This document shows positions 1 through 9,512 of a DNA stretch of 64,000 nt, in pieces; the first letter of the stretch is position 1; each line of letters opens with the position of its first letter. Origin of the DNA: an uncultured Candidatus Rokubacteria bacterium (lineage in GTDB: Bacteria > Methylomirabilota > Methylomirabilia > Rokubacteriales > CSP1-6). The DNA lies in assembly GCA_963762145.1 (NCBI GenBank), contig CAVXJS010000014.1, positions 384,001 through 448,000 of the forward strand, written 5' to 3'. The notes under the pieces are model-generated. The model was given only the letters and a program-made list of their open reading frames with translations. It was not told the DNA's origin and made no database searches. The translations under genes were made by a program, and so were the position numbers.

Positions 1-1063
1 CGGCCTGATCGAAGGCCAGGCCGAGGCCGGGCTTGTCGGGCACCACGAGCTGGCCGTTCTCGATCTTCGGCGTCTCCTCGTAGAGCTGTAGCGTCCACGG
101 CATGTACTCGACGGTGAGCCCGTGCGGAATCGCCGCGATCAGATGCACGTGGATCTCCGGAATCAGGTGGCTCACCACCGGCAGGTTGAACGCCTCCGCC
201 ATGCCGGCCACCTTCATCCACTGGGTGATGCCGCCGACCCGCAGCAGATCGATCATCACGATGTCGATCGACCGCGCCTCGAGGAGATGCCGGAACGGGA
301 CGATGCCGTAGTGGTATTCGCCCGCCGCGATCGGGGTGTCGAGCGCGTCCGCGATGCGCGCGAGGCCCGGGTAGTCGTCGTGGGCGGTGGGGTCTTCCAG
401 CCAGAAGAGGTGGTGGTCCCGGATGCGCTGGCCCACGTCGATCGCGTGATGAACGCTCCAGAGCTGGTTGATGTCGCACATCAGGTCGATGTCGGGGCCG
501 ATCGACTCGCGCATCACCCGCACCCGCTCGACCGACGCGGCGATCGTCGCCTCGCTCCCGCACTGCATCTTCATCTGGCGGAAGCCCATGTCGCGCAGGC
601 GCGGGCCCGCCTTGGCCAGGTAGTCCACCGGGTGCTGGCGCATGAGCGCGCCGCTCGCGTACGTGGGCGCGCGGTCGCGCAGGCCGCCCAGCAGCGCGCA
701 GACCGAGCGGCCCGCCGCCTTGCCCATGAGGTCCCAGCACGCCATGTCCACCGCGGACAGCGCGAGCGCGAAGATGCCCCCCGGGCCGCAGCTGCCCGCC
801 ATGCGCCGGCACTTGCCCGCGACCGCCTCGACCTGGCTCGGGTCCATCCCGATCGTGAGCCGGGCGAGGCCCTCCACCGCGGCCCGCAGCGCCGGGGTCA
901 GCGCGCCGCCGAAGAACGTGAGCCCGATGCCGACCAGCCCCTGGTCGGTGCCGAGCTCGAGCAGCACGAACTCCCGCGTGTCGGCCGGGGCCGGCAGCCC
1001 CACGACCAATGGATTATCCGCCGGGGTGGAGAGGACGCGCGTGGTGACGTGGGTGATCTTCAT
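1..1063 (-). CDS. Mandelate racemase/muconate lactonizing enzyme family protein (3' end beyond window start)
   Basis: Manually translated and absent from the ORF track: ATG at 1063, MKITHVTTRVL...ALSAVDMACWDLMGKAAGRSVCALLGG...HLFWLEDP...IAAGEYHYG...IDLLRVGGITQWMKVA. These are enolase-superfamily motifs. Confidence 0.9.
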   Translation of the reverse strand, partial: MKITHVTTRVLSTPADNPLVVGLPAPADTREFVLLELGTDQGLVGIGLTFFGGALTPALRAAVEGLARLTIGMDPSQVEAVAGKCRRMAGSCGPGGIFALALSAVDMACWDLMGKAAGRSVCALLGGLRDRAPTYASGALMRQHPVDYLAKAGPRLRDMGFRQMKMQCGSEATIAASVERVRVMRESIGPDIDLMCDINQLWSVHHAIDVGQRIRDHHLFWLEDPTAHDDYPGLARIADALDTPIAAGEYHYGIVPFRHLLEARSIDIVMIDLLRVGGITQWMKVAGMAEAFNLPVVSHLIPEIHVHLIAAIPHGLTVEYMPWTLQLYEETPKIENGQLVVPDKPGLGLAFDQA

Positions 1064-1067
1064 ATCT

Positions 1068-1994
1068 TCATTTCTTGTGCTTGCCGGTGAGCTGAGGCGT
1101 GGTGCCCTCCTGGCCCTTCTCCTGCCGGTCGAGCCGCGTCTCGCGGGACCACGTGCGCTTGAGCTCGTCCTTGATGTTGAAGTGCAGCGTGCCGAGCCCC
1201 TCGGTCTCGAGCTCGATGCGGTCGCCGTCCTGGAACCCGGAGAGCCCGCGGTGGTTGGTGCCGGTGGCGAGGATGTCGCCCGGCTCCAGCGTGTGGATGC
1301 TCGTCACCCACTCGATGCAGCGGGGGATCTTGTGGGCCATGTCGCTGGTGTTGAACGCCTGCTTCACGGTGCCGTTCACCGAGAGGCGGATCGCCAGCTT
1401 GTGCGGATCCGTGATCTCGTCGGCGGTCACCAGGTAGGGGCCGATGGGCGCGAAGGTGTCGCGCGACTTCATCTGGTAGAACGTGTTGCCGGTCGGCAGG
1501 AGGCCGCGCGCGGAGCCGTCGATGAAGTTGCAGTAGCCGAAGACGTACTCCATCGCGCGGGCGGCCGGCACCGCGGTGGCGCGCTTGCCGATCACGAGCG
1601 CCATCTCCGCCTCGCCTTCGAAGATGGTGGCGGGCACGTCGGGCAGCACCATGGTCTCGTTGGGGCCGATCACCGCGCCCGGCGACTTCATGAAGGCGTT
1701 GATCGGCGCCGGCTCGGTGCGGGTGCCGTCCTCCATGTAGTTCACCGCCATGCAGACGATGTTGGTCGGCTTGGGCAGCGGGGGCCGGATCCGGACTCCG
1801 GTCACCGGGACGGGCTTGCCGCGGCCGGCCGCGTCCTCGATCTTCTTGCGGTAGTCCGCGAAGCGGGCGATGAGGCCGCTCATCAGGTCCCCGGGGCCGG
1901 TGTGCGGGATGTCCTTCACGGTGTCCGAGACGTCCACCACGCCATCGCCACGGAGCACGCCGAGCCGGTAATCGTCGAAGAGCAGTAGTTTCAC
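1068..1994 (-). CDS. Fumarylacetoacetate hydrolase family protein
   Basis: Motifs IVCMAVNY, FEGEAEMALVIGK, MKSRDTFAPIGP and LEPGDILATGT. GTG start at 1994 follows an AAGGAGG RBS. Confidence 0.9.
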   Translation of the reverse strand: MKLLLFDDYRLGVLRGDGVVDVSDTVKDIPHTGPGDLMSGLIARFADYRKKIEDAAGRGKPVPVTGVRIRPPLPKPTNIVCMAVNYMEDGTRTEPAPINAFMKSPGAVIGPNETMVLPDVPATIFEGEAEMALVIGKRATAVPAARAMEYVFGYCNFIDGSARGLLPTGNTFYQMKSRDTFAPIGPYLVTADEITDPHKLAIRLSVNGTVKQAFNTSDMAHKIPRCIEWVTSIHTLEPGDILATGTNHRGLSGFQDGDRIELETEGLGTLHFNIKDELKRTWSRETRLDRQEKGQEGTTPQLTGKHKK

Positions 1995-2059
1995 GGAATC
2001 CTCCTTGTCGTTCGGGAGCTGCCTCGCAAGCCGCCCCATCCTACTCGCGGGCCCGGGTG

Positions 2060-2088
2060 TTGACAACGGGGCCGCCCGCGGCCACCCT
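2060..2088 (+). promoter_or_regulatory. Putative sigma70 promoter of the Zn-dehydrogenase gene
   Basis: TTGACA-N17-CACCCT: consensus -35, weak -10. Confidence 0.35.
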
Positions 2089-2119
2089 CTCGCTGAATCC
2101 ATTCCAGGGAGGAGCCCCA

Positions 2120-3241
2120 ATGAAGGGACGGGTGGCGGTTCTCAAGGCGTACGGCGGCGAGTTCGAGCTGCGCGAGTACCCGGTGCCGGATCCGGAGCCC
2201 GGGGCGATCCTGATCAAGCTGACCCGCGCGGGCGTGTGCGGCTCCGATCTCCACATCTGGCGGGGGGAGATGAAGGAGACGTACGGCGCGCTGCCCAAGG
2301 ACCTCACCTTCGGCCACGAGATGTGCGGGCGGGTCGAGCGGCTCGGCGCCGGCATCACCACGGACTCGATGGGCCGCCCGCTGCGCGAGGGCGACCGCGT
2401 GACCTTCTGCTACTTCTTCCCGTGCGGGCGCTGCCCGGTGTGCCTGAACGACGAGATGGGCAGCTGCCCGCAGAAGGGCCGGCCGAACCGGGTCGCGGGC
2501 ACCGCGCCCTACTTCAACAACGCCTACGGCGACTACTACTACCTCCGGCCGAACCACTTCATCTTCAAGCTGCCCGACGAGATTCCCGAGGACATGGCCA
2601 CGCCGATCAACTGCGCGCTGTCCCAGGTGCTCTACGGGCTGCGCAGGGCGGGGTTCCGCGCGGGGCAGTCGCTGGTGGTGCAGGGCGCGGGCGGGCTCGG
2701 CGTCAACGCGGTGGCGGTGGCGCGGGACATGGGCGCGGACACCGTGATCGTGGTGGACCGGCTCCCGGAGCGGCTCGCGCTCGCGAAGGCGTTCGGGGCC
2801 GACCACACCGTGAACGCGAGCGAGATCACCAGCGCCGACAAGCGCGTGGACGCGGTGAAGGCCCTCACCGGCGGCTTCGGCGCCGACGTGGTGGCCGACT
2901 TCGTGGGCTACGCGGACGTGATCCCGGAGGGGCTGCGCATGCTGCGGGGCGGGGGCTGCTACCTGGAGGTCGGCTCGATCTCACCCGGCAACGTCTTCTC
3001 CTACGACGCGACCGCGCTCGTGCGCGGCAACACGCACCTCGTCGCCACGTCCAACTACTCGCCGTGGGCGCTCGAGCAGTCGCTCTCGTTCATGAAGCGC
3101 AATCTCAAGCGGTTCCCGTTCGACCGCGTGATCTCCCACGTGTTCCCGCTCGAGCGCATCTCGGAGGCCTTCGCCCAGTCCGACTGGGCCCGCCGCGGCG
3201 GCGACCCCGCCGGCGTCTCCCGCGCCGCCATCTCGATGTGA
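2120..3241 (+). CDS. Zinc-binding (MDR) alcohol dehydrogenase
   Basis: GVCGSDLH, GHE, CGRCPVC...C structural Zn site, GAGGLG Rossmann motif. ATG at 2120 follows GGAGGAG. Confidence 0.92.
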   Translation: MKGRVAVLKAYGGEFELREYPVPDPEPGAILIKLTRAGVCGSDLHIWRGEMKETYGALPKDLTFGHEMCGRVERLGAGITTDSMGRPLREGDRVTFCYFFPCGRCPVCLNDEMGSCPQKGRPNRVAGTAPYFNNAYGDYYYLRPNHFIFKLPDEIPEDMATPINCALSQVLYGLRRAGFRAGQSLVVQGAGGLGVNAVAVARDMGADTVIVVDRLPERLALAKAFGADHTVNASEITSADKRVDAVKALTGGFGADVVADFVGYADVIPEGLRMLRGGGCYLEVGSISPGNVFSYDATALVRGNTHLVATSNYSPWALEQSLSFMKRNLKRFPFDRVISHVFPLERISEAFAQSDWARRGGDPAGVSRAAISM

Positions 3242-3242
3242 G

Positions 3243-3333
3243 ATGGGGTCAGGTCTTGAATTACGACATTTCTCCGCCTAGCGGGCAGGCAGGCTCCGTC
3301 GCGGAAATGTCGTAATTCAAGACCTGACCCCAT
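3243..3333. repeat. REP-like inverted-repeat pair, family A
   Basis: Perfect 30-bp arms ATGGGGTCAGGTCTTGAATTACGACATTTC (3243-3272) and GAAATGTCGTAATTCAAGACCTGACCCCAT (3304-3333), between convergent genes. Confidence 0.9.
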
Positions 3334-4432
3334 AGCGGCGGATCAAGGCTTCGTCGAGGACGAGGCCGAAGCCGGGCGCGTCGGGGATCTCGAACAGGCC
3401 GTCCTTGGCTGCGGGGCGGTTGGCCCAGAGGGCTTGCCAGGCCGGGTCGCGCTCGGGGTCGGCGAAGCACTCCACGTAGGTGCCGTGCGGCACCGCGGCC
3501 AGCAGGTGGCCGGCGATCTGAGGTTCCTCGTGGTGCGCCATCTTCACGCCGGCGGCCTCGCACAGCGCGGCGGCTCGGCGCCACTCGGTCACGCCGCCGC
3601 CCTCGGAGGCGTCGAAGTTGACCAGGTCCACCGCGCCCGCGTCCAGGAGCCGTCGCACCGCGTGGCTGGTGATCTCGGACTGGCCCGCGGTGATCGGGAT
3701 GCGCGTCGCCCGCCGCACCTCCGCCATCATGCGCGCGTCGTCGTGCCAGTGGCACGGCTCCTCGAACCAGCGGATGTCGAGCGGCTCGACGAGGCGCGCG
3801 AACCGGACCGCGTCGTCCACCGACCACCCGCGGTTGGCGTCCACCGCCAGGACGAAGTCGGGGCCCGCGGCGCGACGGGCCGCCGCGACCCGCTCGGCGT
3901 CGGCCTCCGGCGCGAGGCCGCCCACCTTGAACTTGCAGCCCGCCATCCCGGCCTCGCGATAGCTCTCCATCTCGCGGCCGATGTCGGCCAGGGTCTTGCC
4001 GTCGCGGTAGTAGCCGCCGATGGAGATGATGGGCAGGCGCCGGCGGGGCGAGCCGCCGAGGAGCGCGCACACGCTCTGCCCCCGCGCCTTGCCGACCAGG
4101 TCCCAGATCGCGCAGTCCACGCAGGCGATGGCCTCCACCAGGGTCTTGCGGTCGCGGCTGCTGTGGGTGAGGGAGAAGAGGCGATCCCAGATCTGCTCGC
4201 CTTCGAGCAGGTCCCGGCCGCGCAGGAGCGGGGCCAGCTCCTCGTGGATCAGCCGGACGATCTCGATCCCGTGCTCGCGGTTGTCACCGTTGTAGACACA
4301 GCTGACGAGGCCCTCGTCGGTGCGCAGGCGGGTGACCACGGTGGAGCGCTTGAGGACCGCGTAGGTGCTCCCGCCGAAATTGCGCGTGAGCGGGATGTCG
4401 AGCGCGATCGCCTCGATGCTGTGGAAGCGCAT
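3317..4432 (-). CDS. Mandelate racemase/muconate lactonizing enzyme family protein
   Basis: AIACVDCAIWDLVGKA, KFKVG, LAVDAN, WFEEP, ITAGQSE. The C-terminal GVRS* is encoded by the repeat arm. Confidence 0.92.
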   Translation of the reverse strand: MRFHSIEAIALDIPLTRNFGGSTYAVLKRSTVVTRLRTDEGLVSCVYNGDNREHGIEIVRLIHEELAPLLRGRDLLEGEQIWDRLFSLTHSSRDRKTLVEAIACVDCAIWDLVGKARGQSVCALLGGSPRRRLPIISIGGYYRDGKTLADIGREMESYREAGMAGCKFKVGGLAPEADAERVAAARRAAGPDFVLAVDANRGWSVDDAVRFARLVEPLDIRWFEEPCHWHDDARMMAEVRRATRIPITAGQSEITSHAVRRLLDAGAVDLVNFDASEGGGVTEWRRAAALCEAAGVKMAHHEEPQIAGHLLAAVPHGTYVECFADPERDPAWQALWANRPAAKDGLFEIPDAPGFGLVLDEALIRRYGVRS

Positions 4433-4443
4433 GCCCGCTCCCG

Positions 4444-4490
4444 GAAATGTCGGAATGTAAGACCTGACCCCGGCGTCCTGACCCCGGCGT
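4444..4490 (-). repeat. Single family-A repeat copy plus 14-bp tandem duplication
   Basis: GAAATGTCGGAATGTAAGACCTGACCCC (4444-4471). CCTGACCCCGGCGT occurs twice, at 4463-4476 and 4477-4490. Confidence 0.85.
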
Positions 4491-4978
4491 CAGCCGATGG
4501 CCTTCTCGACGGCTTGCTTCACCTCGGGCGCGCTGGGCGCGGTCTTGGGCTCGAAGCGCGCGGCGACCTGGCCGGTCTTGTCGACCAGGAACTTGGCGAA
4601 GTTCCACTTGATGTCGCCGGGCCCGTCGGGCTTGGTCGTCAGACCGGTCAGCCAGGCGTAGAGCGGGGCGCGGTCGCTGCCGTTGACGTCGATCTTGGAG
4701 AACATCGGGAACGTGACGCCGTAGTTGGTCGAGCAGAACGCCTTGACGTCCGCGTCGCTGCCCGGCTCCTGCCCCGCGAACTGGTTGCAGGGGAAGCCCA
4801 GCACCGCGAAGCCGCGGGGGCCGTACTCAGCCTGCATCGCCTGCAACGCTTCGTACTGCGGCGTGAGGCCGCACTTCGACGCCACGTTGACCACGAGCAG
4901 TGCCTTGCCGCGATAGTCCGACAGCGACTGCTCTTTCCCGTCGATCGTCTTCACCGTGAAATCGTAGATCCCAGCCAT
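4490..4978 (-). CDS. Glutathione peroxidase family protein (Cys type)
   Basis: VNVASKCGLTPQY, LGFPCNQFAGQEPG, IKWNFAKFLVD. Confidence 0.95.
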   Translation of the reverse strand: MAGIYDFTVKTIDGKEQSLSDYRGKALLVVNVASKCGLTPQYEALQAMQAEYGPRGFAVLGFPCNQFAGQEPGSDADVKAFCSTNYGVTFPMFSKIDVNGSDRAPLYAWLTGLTTKPDGPGDIKWNFAKFLVDKTGQVAARFEPKTAPSAPEVKQAVEKAIG

Positions 4979-5022
4979 CGTGGGCTCCTTCTCGTCACGC
5001 GGCCATCGGGAGGCCGTCGAGG

Positions 5023-5050
5023 GAAATGTCGTATTTCAAGACCTGACCCC
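5023..5050 (-). repeat. Single family-A repeat copy
   Basis: GAAATGTCGTATTTCAAGACCTGACCCC, overlapping the stop codon of the ThDP-enzyme beta subunit. Confidence 0.85.
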
Positions 5051-5632
5051 AGTCAGGGGGGCCGGCAGGGCCGCGAGGGCCTTGCGGAATCGGGAGGCCT
5101 GGCCGATCAGGTCCTGGTCGAAGGGGGCGGTGGAGGGGCCCTTGTCGATCTTCACCACCACGATGAACGGGCCGTCCTCCGTCAGGATCCGGCCCGTCGC
5201 GCGCTCGAGCTCCTCCTGCGTGCGCACCTCGATGCCCTTCTCGATGCCGGCGCCGCGCGCGATGCCGACCAGGCTCGCCTTGCGGGCGGTGGCGGTGGCC
5301 TGGCCGCCGGTGGTCTGGTGGACCTCGTTGTCCCAGACCATCAACACGTAGTTCTTCGGCGCTTCCGCCGCGATCGTGCAGAGCGAGCCCAGGTTCATGA
5401 GCAGCGAGCCGTCGCCGTCCAGGCAGATCACGCGCACGTCGGGGCGGCCGATGGCGATGCCGAGGCCGATCGAGGAGCACTGGCCCATGGCCCCGAAGGT
5501 GTAGCAGTTGAGCGGGCGGTCGGCGATCTGGAGGAGGTCGAGTGAGGCCTGCCCGAGGTTCGAGACCACGACCTCGTTGGTCAGCCGGGAGGCGAGGCAC
5601 CTGGTGGCGCCGGCGCGGGTGAGCGGGCTCAT
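5036..5632 (-). CDS. ThDP-dependent decarboxylase beta subunit (sulfopyruvate/phosphonopyruvate decarboxylase ComE-like)
   Basis: GAMGQCSSIGLG and the ThDP motif LDGDGSLLMN...WDNEVHQTTGGQ. ATG overlaps the alpha-subunit stop. Confidence 0.85.
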   Translation of the reverse strand: MSPLTRAGATRCLASRLTNEVVVSNLGQASLDLLQIADRPLNCYTFGAMGQCSSIGLGIAIGRPDVRVICLDGDGSLLMNLGSLCTIAAEAPKNYVLMVWDNEVHQTTGGQATATARKASLVGIARGAGIEKGIEVRTQEELERATGRILTEDGPFIVVVKIDKGPSTAPFDQDLIGQASRFRKALAALPAPLTGVRS

Positions 5633-6144
5633 CCGCGCTTGCCTCCGGTCAGCTCGGAGGGCAGCACGATGGCCACCGGCTGCGAGCTCACGTAGCAGAG
5701 CTTCACCAGCCCGTCGGTCTGGTGCTCCAGCTCCGCGATCGACATCGGCCGGATCCACCGGATGCCGAGCGCGTCCAGGATGTGGGTGACCGCCCGGCCC
5801 ATCGGCACCTGGGCCGGGTTGAACTCGCCCAGGTCGCCGCGGTGGCTCATCACCAGGACCATCGGGATCATGCTCGCCATGTTGAGCGAGGCGAGCGCGT
5901 TCGTGCAGTTGCCGAGGCCGCTGTTCTGCATCAGCAGCGCGCCGCGGTGCCCGGCGAGCCAGGCGCCGGAGAGCAGCCCCACCGCCTCTTCTTCTCTGGT
6001 CGTCGTGACCACGCGGCACTGGGAGTCGGCCCACAGCTCGTCCAGCACGTGGCTCACGATGTAGTCGGGGACGGTGGCGAACAACCGGATATCGTTGCGG
6101 CGCAGCACGTCCGCGACGTGCTTGGCCCAGCTCGGCTCGGTCAT
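5629..6144 (-). CDS. ThDP-dependent decarboxylase alpha subunit (ComD-like)
   Basis: ATVPD, TTREEEAVGLLSGAWLAG, LLMQNSGLGNCTNAL, SHRGDLGEFNPAQVPMG. Confidence 0.85.
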   Translation of the reverse strand: MTEPSWAKHVADVLRRNDIRLFATVPDYIVSHVLDELWADSQCRVVTTTREEEAVGLLSGAWLAGHRGALLMQNSGLGNCTNALASLNMASMIPMVLVMSHRGDLGEFNPAQVPMGRAVTHILDALGIRWIRPMSIAELEHQTDGLVKLCYVSSQPVAIVLPSELTGGKRG

Positions 6145-6167
6145 TTGCGGAATCGCCTGGTCGGGAT

Positions 6168-7280
6168 CTAGTTCGGGACGATCGCGGCGCGGGTGACGTG
6201 GCCCTTGTCCTGCTGGACGAACGCCTCCTCGATCGATTCGAGCGGGAACTTGTGCGAGATGATCTTGTTCCACGGGTAGCGGCCGCGGGTACGCGTCATC
6301 ATGTCGAGCGCGCCGCGCAGGTGCTCGGCCTCGTAGTGGGAGAGACCGATGATGCGGCGGTTGCCGAAGATGATCCAGGCCGGATCGAACTCGGCCTTCC
6401 AGCCCACGTTGATGTTGCCGATCTCCACGTAGGTACCTTCCGGCGCGGTCATGCGGAGCCCCTCGTCCACCACCTTGGGGTTGCCCACCAGCTCCATGAC
6501 CACGTCGCCGCCCCAGTCGTCGGTGAGCTTCCGGACCGCGTTGATGCGATCGTCCGGCGTCTTGTGCTCGCGCATGTCCACCACGTCGGTGGCCCCGAAC
6601 GAGCGCGCGAGGGTCAGCCGCTCCTCGACGCCGTCGATGACGATGACGCGCGCCGCTCCCATCTCCTTCGCGACCGCGCACGCGTAGACGCCGAGGCCAC
6701 CCGCGCCCTGGATCACCACCGTCTGCCCCGCGCGCACCGCCGCGATGTCGAGGCCCGCGTAGACCTGGGAGAAGGCGCAGTTGACGCCCGCGGCCATGTC
6801 GTCGGTGATGTCGTCGGCCAGCTTGAAGACCGCGTGATTGGGCCGCAGGTAGAAGTACTCGCCGAAGCCGCCCTGGAAGTGCGGCCACACCTCGCAGGAG
6901 ACGAGGAAGTTGGCCTGGCGCACCGGGCAGGACTTGGTCTTGCCCTTGAGGCACATGCGGCAGCGCCCGCAGGGGAAGAAGAAGCGGTAGGCGACGCGGT
7001 CGCCGACCGCGAGCGGCCGGCCTGCCGAGTCGGTGGTGACGCCGGGGCCGAGCTTGGCCACGCGTCCCACGTGCTCGTGCCCGGTGTTCAGCGGCAGCGG
7101 CCGGCCCATCTTCACGTAGTCGAGCTCGCCCCGCCAGTAGTGCAGGTCCGAGCCGCACACGTTGGCCATCGCGACCTTGACCAGGATCGCGCCGGGCTCG
7201 GGATCGGGCACCGGATACTCGCGGATCTCGAACGGTTTGCCCGCGCCGTGGAACACCGCCATCCGCGCCGTGTCTGCCAT
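6168..7280 (-). CDS. Zinc-binding (MDR) alcohol dehydrogenase
   Basis: NVCGSDLH, GHE, CGRCRMC...C, GAGGLG. Paralog of 2120-3241. Confidence 0.92.
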   Translation of the reverse strand: MADTARMAVFHGAGKPFEIREYPVPDPEPGAILVKVAMANVCGSDLHYWRGELDYVKMGRPLPLNTGHEHVGRVAKLGPGVTTDSAGRPLAVGDRVAYRFFFPCGRCRMCLKGKTKSCPVRQANFLVSCEVWPHFQGGFGEYFYLRPNHAVFKLADDITDDMAAGVNCAFSQVYAGLDIAAVRAGQTVVIQGAGGLGVYACAVAKEMGAARVIVIDGVEERLTLARSFGATDVVDMREHKTPDDRINAVRKLTDDWGGDVVMELVGNPKVVDEGLRMTAPEGTYVEIGNINVGWKAEFDPAWIIFGNRRIIGLSHYEAEHLRGALDMMTRTRGRYPWNKIISHKFPLESIEEAFVQQDKGHVTRAAIVPN

Positions 7281-7357
7281 GAGCTCGCCTCCTCAGATGA
7301 TGGACGACGGGCGGAGTCTAGCATGGTAGGCTACGTGGCGCCCGGGAGGGCCAAGCC

Positions 7358-8344
7358 ATGAAGATTGCGATCCTCGACGACTACCAGGACACGATCCGCA
7401 CGCTGCGCAGCTTCCCCAAGGTCGCGAGCCATGACGTCACGATCTGGAACGATCACACCAAGGACGTCGACACCCTCGCGGGCCGTCTCAAGGACACCGA
7501 GGTGCTCGTGCTTCTGCGCGAGCGCACCCCGATCCGCGGGCCGCTGATCGAGCGCCTCGACCGGCTACGCATGATCACGCAGGTCGGCGTGGTCCCGAAC
7601 ATCGACGTCCCCGCGTGCACAAAGCGCGGCGTCATCGTCTCCTCGAGCCAGCAGCCGGGCCGGCCGTCGTACGCGACCGCGGAGCTGACGTGGGGCCTCG
7701 TGATCGCCGCGATGCGGCGAATCCCGCAGGAGATGATCGCGATGCGCGCGGGCAAGTGGCAGGCCTACCCGATCGGCCTCGGCCTGCGCGGCAAGACGCT
7801 CGGCATCCTGGGCTACGGCAAGATCGGGGCGGTGGTGGCGGGCTACGGGCGCGCCTTCGGCATGAACGTGCTGGCGTGGGGCCGCGAGAGCACGCTCGAG
7901 AAGGCGAAGGCCGACGGCTACACCGCGGCGGCGAGCCGCGAGGCGTTCTTCGCCGACTCCGACGTGGTCTCGATCCACGTGCGCCTGATCGACGCGACGC
8001 GCGGCATGGTGACCGCGGACGATTTCGCCCGCATGAAGCCCTCGGCGGTGTTCGTCAACACGAGCCGGGCCGGGCTCGTGGTGCCCGGCGCGCTCGAAGC
8101 CGCGCTCGCCAAGGGACGGCCGGGCATGGCCGCGGTCGACGTGTTCGAGGACGAGCCGGTATACGGCGCCAAGCATCCGCTGCTCGCGATGGACAACGCG
8201 ATCTGCGTGCCGCACCTGGGCTACGTCGAGCGCGACAGCCTCGAGCAAATGTACGACACCATCTTCGACCAGGTGCTGGCCTACGGGGCGGGCAAGCCGA
8301 TCAACATCCTGAATCCGGAGGCCCTGGCGGCCGCCAAGTCATGA
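7358..8344 (+). CDS. D-2-hydroxyacid dehydrogenase family protein
   Basis: MKIAILDDYQ, LGILGYGKIG, FVNTSRAGLV, AVDVFEDEP, PHLGYV. Confidence 0.93.
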   Translation: MKIAILDDYQDTIRTLRSFPKVASHDVTIWNDHTKDVDTLAGRLKDTEVLVLLRERTPIRGPLIERLDRLRMITQVGVVPNIDVPACTKRGVIVSSSQQPGRPSYATAELTWGLVIAAMRRIPQEMIAMRAGKWQAYPIGLGLRGKTLGILGYGKIGAVVAGYGRAFGMNVLAWGRESTLEKAKADGYTAAASREAFFADSDVVSIHVRLIDATRGMVTADDFARMKPSAVFVNTSRAGLVVPGALEAALAKGRPGMAAVDVFEDEPVYGAKHPLLAMDNAICVPHLGYVERDSLEQMYDTIFDQVLAYGAGKPINILNPEALAAAKS

Positions 8345-9510
8345 GCATCCGGGACAAGGCGTACATCGTCGGCGTCTTCGAGCATCCCACCCGCAAGGCG
8401 GATAGCATCTCGCTCGCCCAGCTCCACGCGGACGTGGCGCACGGGGCGCTGGCGGACGCGGGGCTCTCCAAGGACGACGTGGACGGGTACTTCTGCGCGG
8501 GCGACGCGCCCGGCCTGGGCGGCCTCTCGATGGCCGACTACATGGGCCTGCGTCTGCGGCACATCGACACCACCGAGACCGGGGGCTCGTCGTACGTGGT
8601 CCACGTGGCCCACGCCGCGGAGGCGATCGCGGCGGGGCGCTGCGACGTGGCCCTGATCACGCTGGCCGGGCGGCCGCGCGCGGAGGGCATGGCCACCGGG
8701 ACCGCGCCGCGCAACTACGGCAGCACCGCGCCCGACGTGGCCTTCGAGGCGCCGTTCTCGCCGACGGTGGTCAACCAGTACGCGATGGCGGCGATGCGTC
8801 ACATGCACGAGTTCAAGACCACCAGCGAGCAGCTCGCGTGGATCAAGGTCGCGGCCTCCCAGCACGCCCAGCACAATCCGCTCGCGATGCTGCGCGAGGT
8901 GGTGACGGTGGCCGACGTGGTCGGCTCGCCCATGATCTCGGATCCGCTCCATCGCTTGGACTGCTGCGTGATCAGCGACGGCGGCGGGGCGGTGATCGTG
9001 GCGCGGCCCGAGGTGGCGAGGCGGCTCAAGCGCCCGCCGGTGACGGTGCGCGGGGCGGGGGAGGCGGTGAAGCACCAGATGGGCGGCCAGGTGGATCTCA
9101 CCTACACCGGGGCGCGCTGGTCGGGCCCCGCCGCGTTCGAGAGCGCGGGCGTGACCCCGGGCGACATCAAGTACGCCTCGATCTACGACAGCTTCACGAT
9201 CACGGTGCTGATCACGCTCGAGGATCTGGGGTTCTGCCCGAAGGGGCAGGGCGGGCGCTTCGTCTCCGACGGCAACCTGATCGCGGGCGTCGGCAAGCTG
9301 CCGTTCAACACCGACGGCGGCGGCCTCTGCAACAATCACCCGGCCAACCGCGGCGGGATGACCAAGGTCATCGAGGCGGTGCGCCAGCTCCGCGGCGAGG
9401 CGCATCCGGCCGTGCAGGTGAAGAACTGCGACCTGGCCCTGGCCCACGGCACCGGCGGCTCCCTCGCCACGCGGCACGCCAGCGCCACCCTGATCCTGGA
9501 GGCCAGATAG
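8341..9510 (+). CDS. Thiolase-domain protein (SCP-x/acetyl-CoA acetyltransferase-like)
   Basis: MSIRDKAYIVGVFEHPTRKA, ETGGSSY, LDCCVISDGGGA, IYDSFTITV, NTDGGGL, AHGTGG. ATG overlaps the upstream stop. Confidence 0.9.
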   Translation: MSIRDKAYIVGVFEHPTRKADSISLAQLHADVAHGALADAGLSKDDVDGYFCAGDAPGLGGLSMADYMGLRLRHIDTTETGGSSYVVHVAHAAEAIAAGRCDVALITLAGRPRAEGMATGTAPRNYGSTAPDVAFEAPFSPTVVNQYAMAAMRHMHEFKTTSEQLAWIKVAASQHAQHNPLAMLREVVTVADVVGSPMISDPLHRLDCCVISDGGGAVIVARPEVARRLKRPPVTVRGAGEAVKHQMGGQVDLTYTGARWSGPAAFESAGVTPGDIKYASIYDSFTITVLITLEDLGFCPKGQGGRFVSDGNLIAGVGKLPFNTDGGGLCNNHPANRGGMTKVIEAVRQLRGEAHPAVQVKNCDLALAHGTGGSLATRHASATLILEAR

Positions 9511-9512
9511 CC

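Noticed and set aside
4490-4978. Glutathione peroxidase as a second selenoprotein
   Set aside because: The active-site codon is TGC (Cys) in NVASKCG; there is no in-frame UGA.
3243-5050. Clustered ~28-30 bp repeats as a CRISPR array
   Set aside because: Copies are inverted or separated by whole genes, are not regularly spaced direct repeats, and no cas genes are present.
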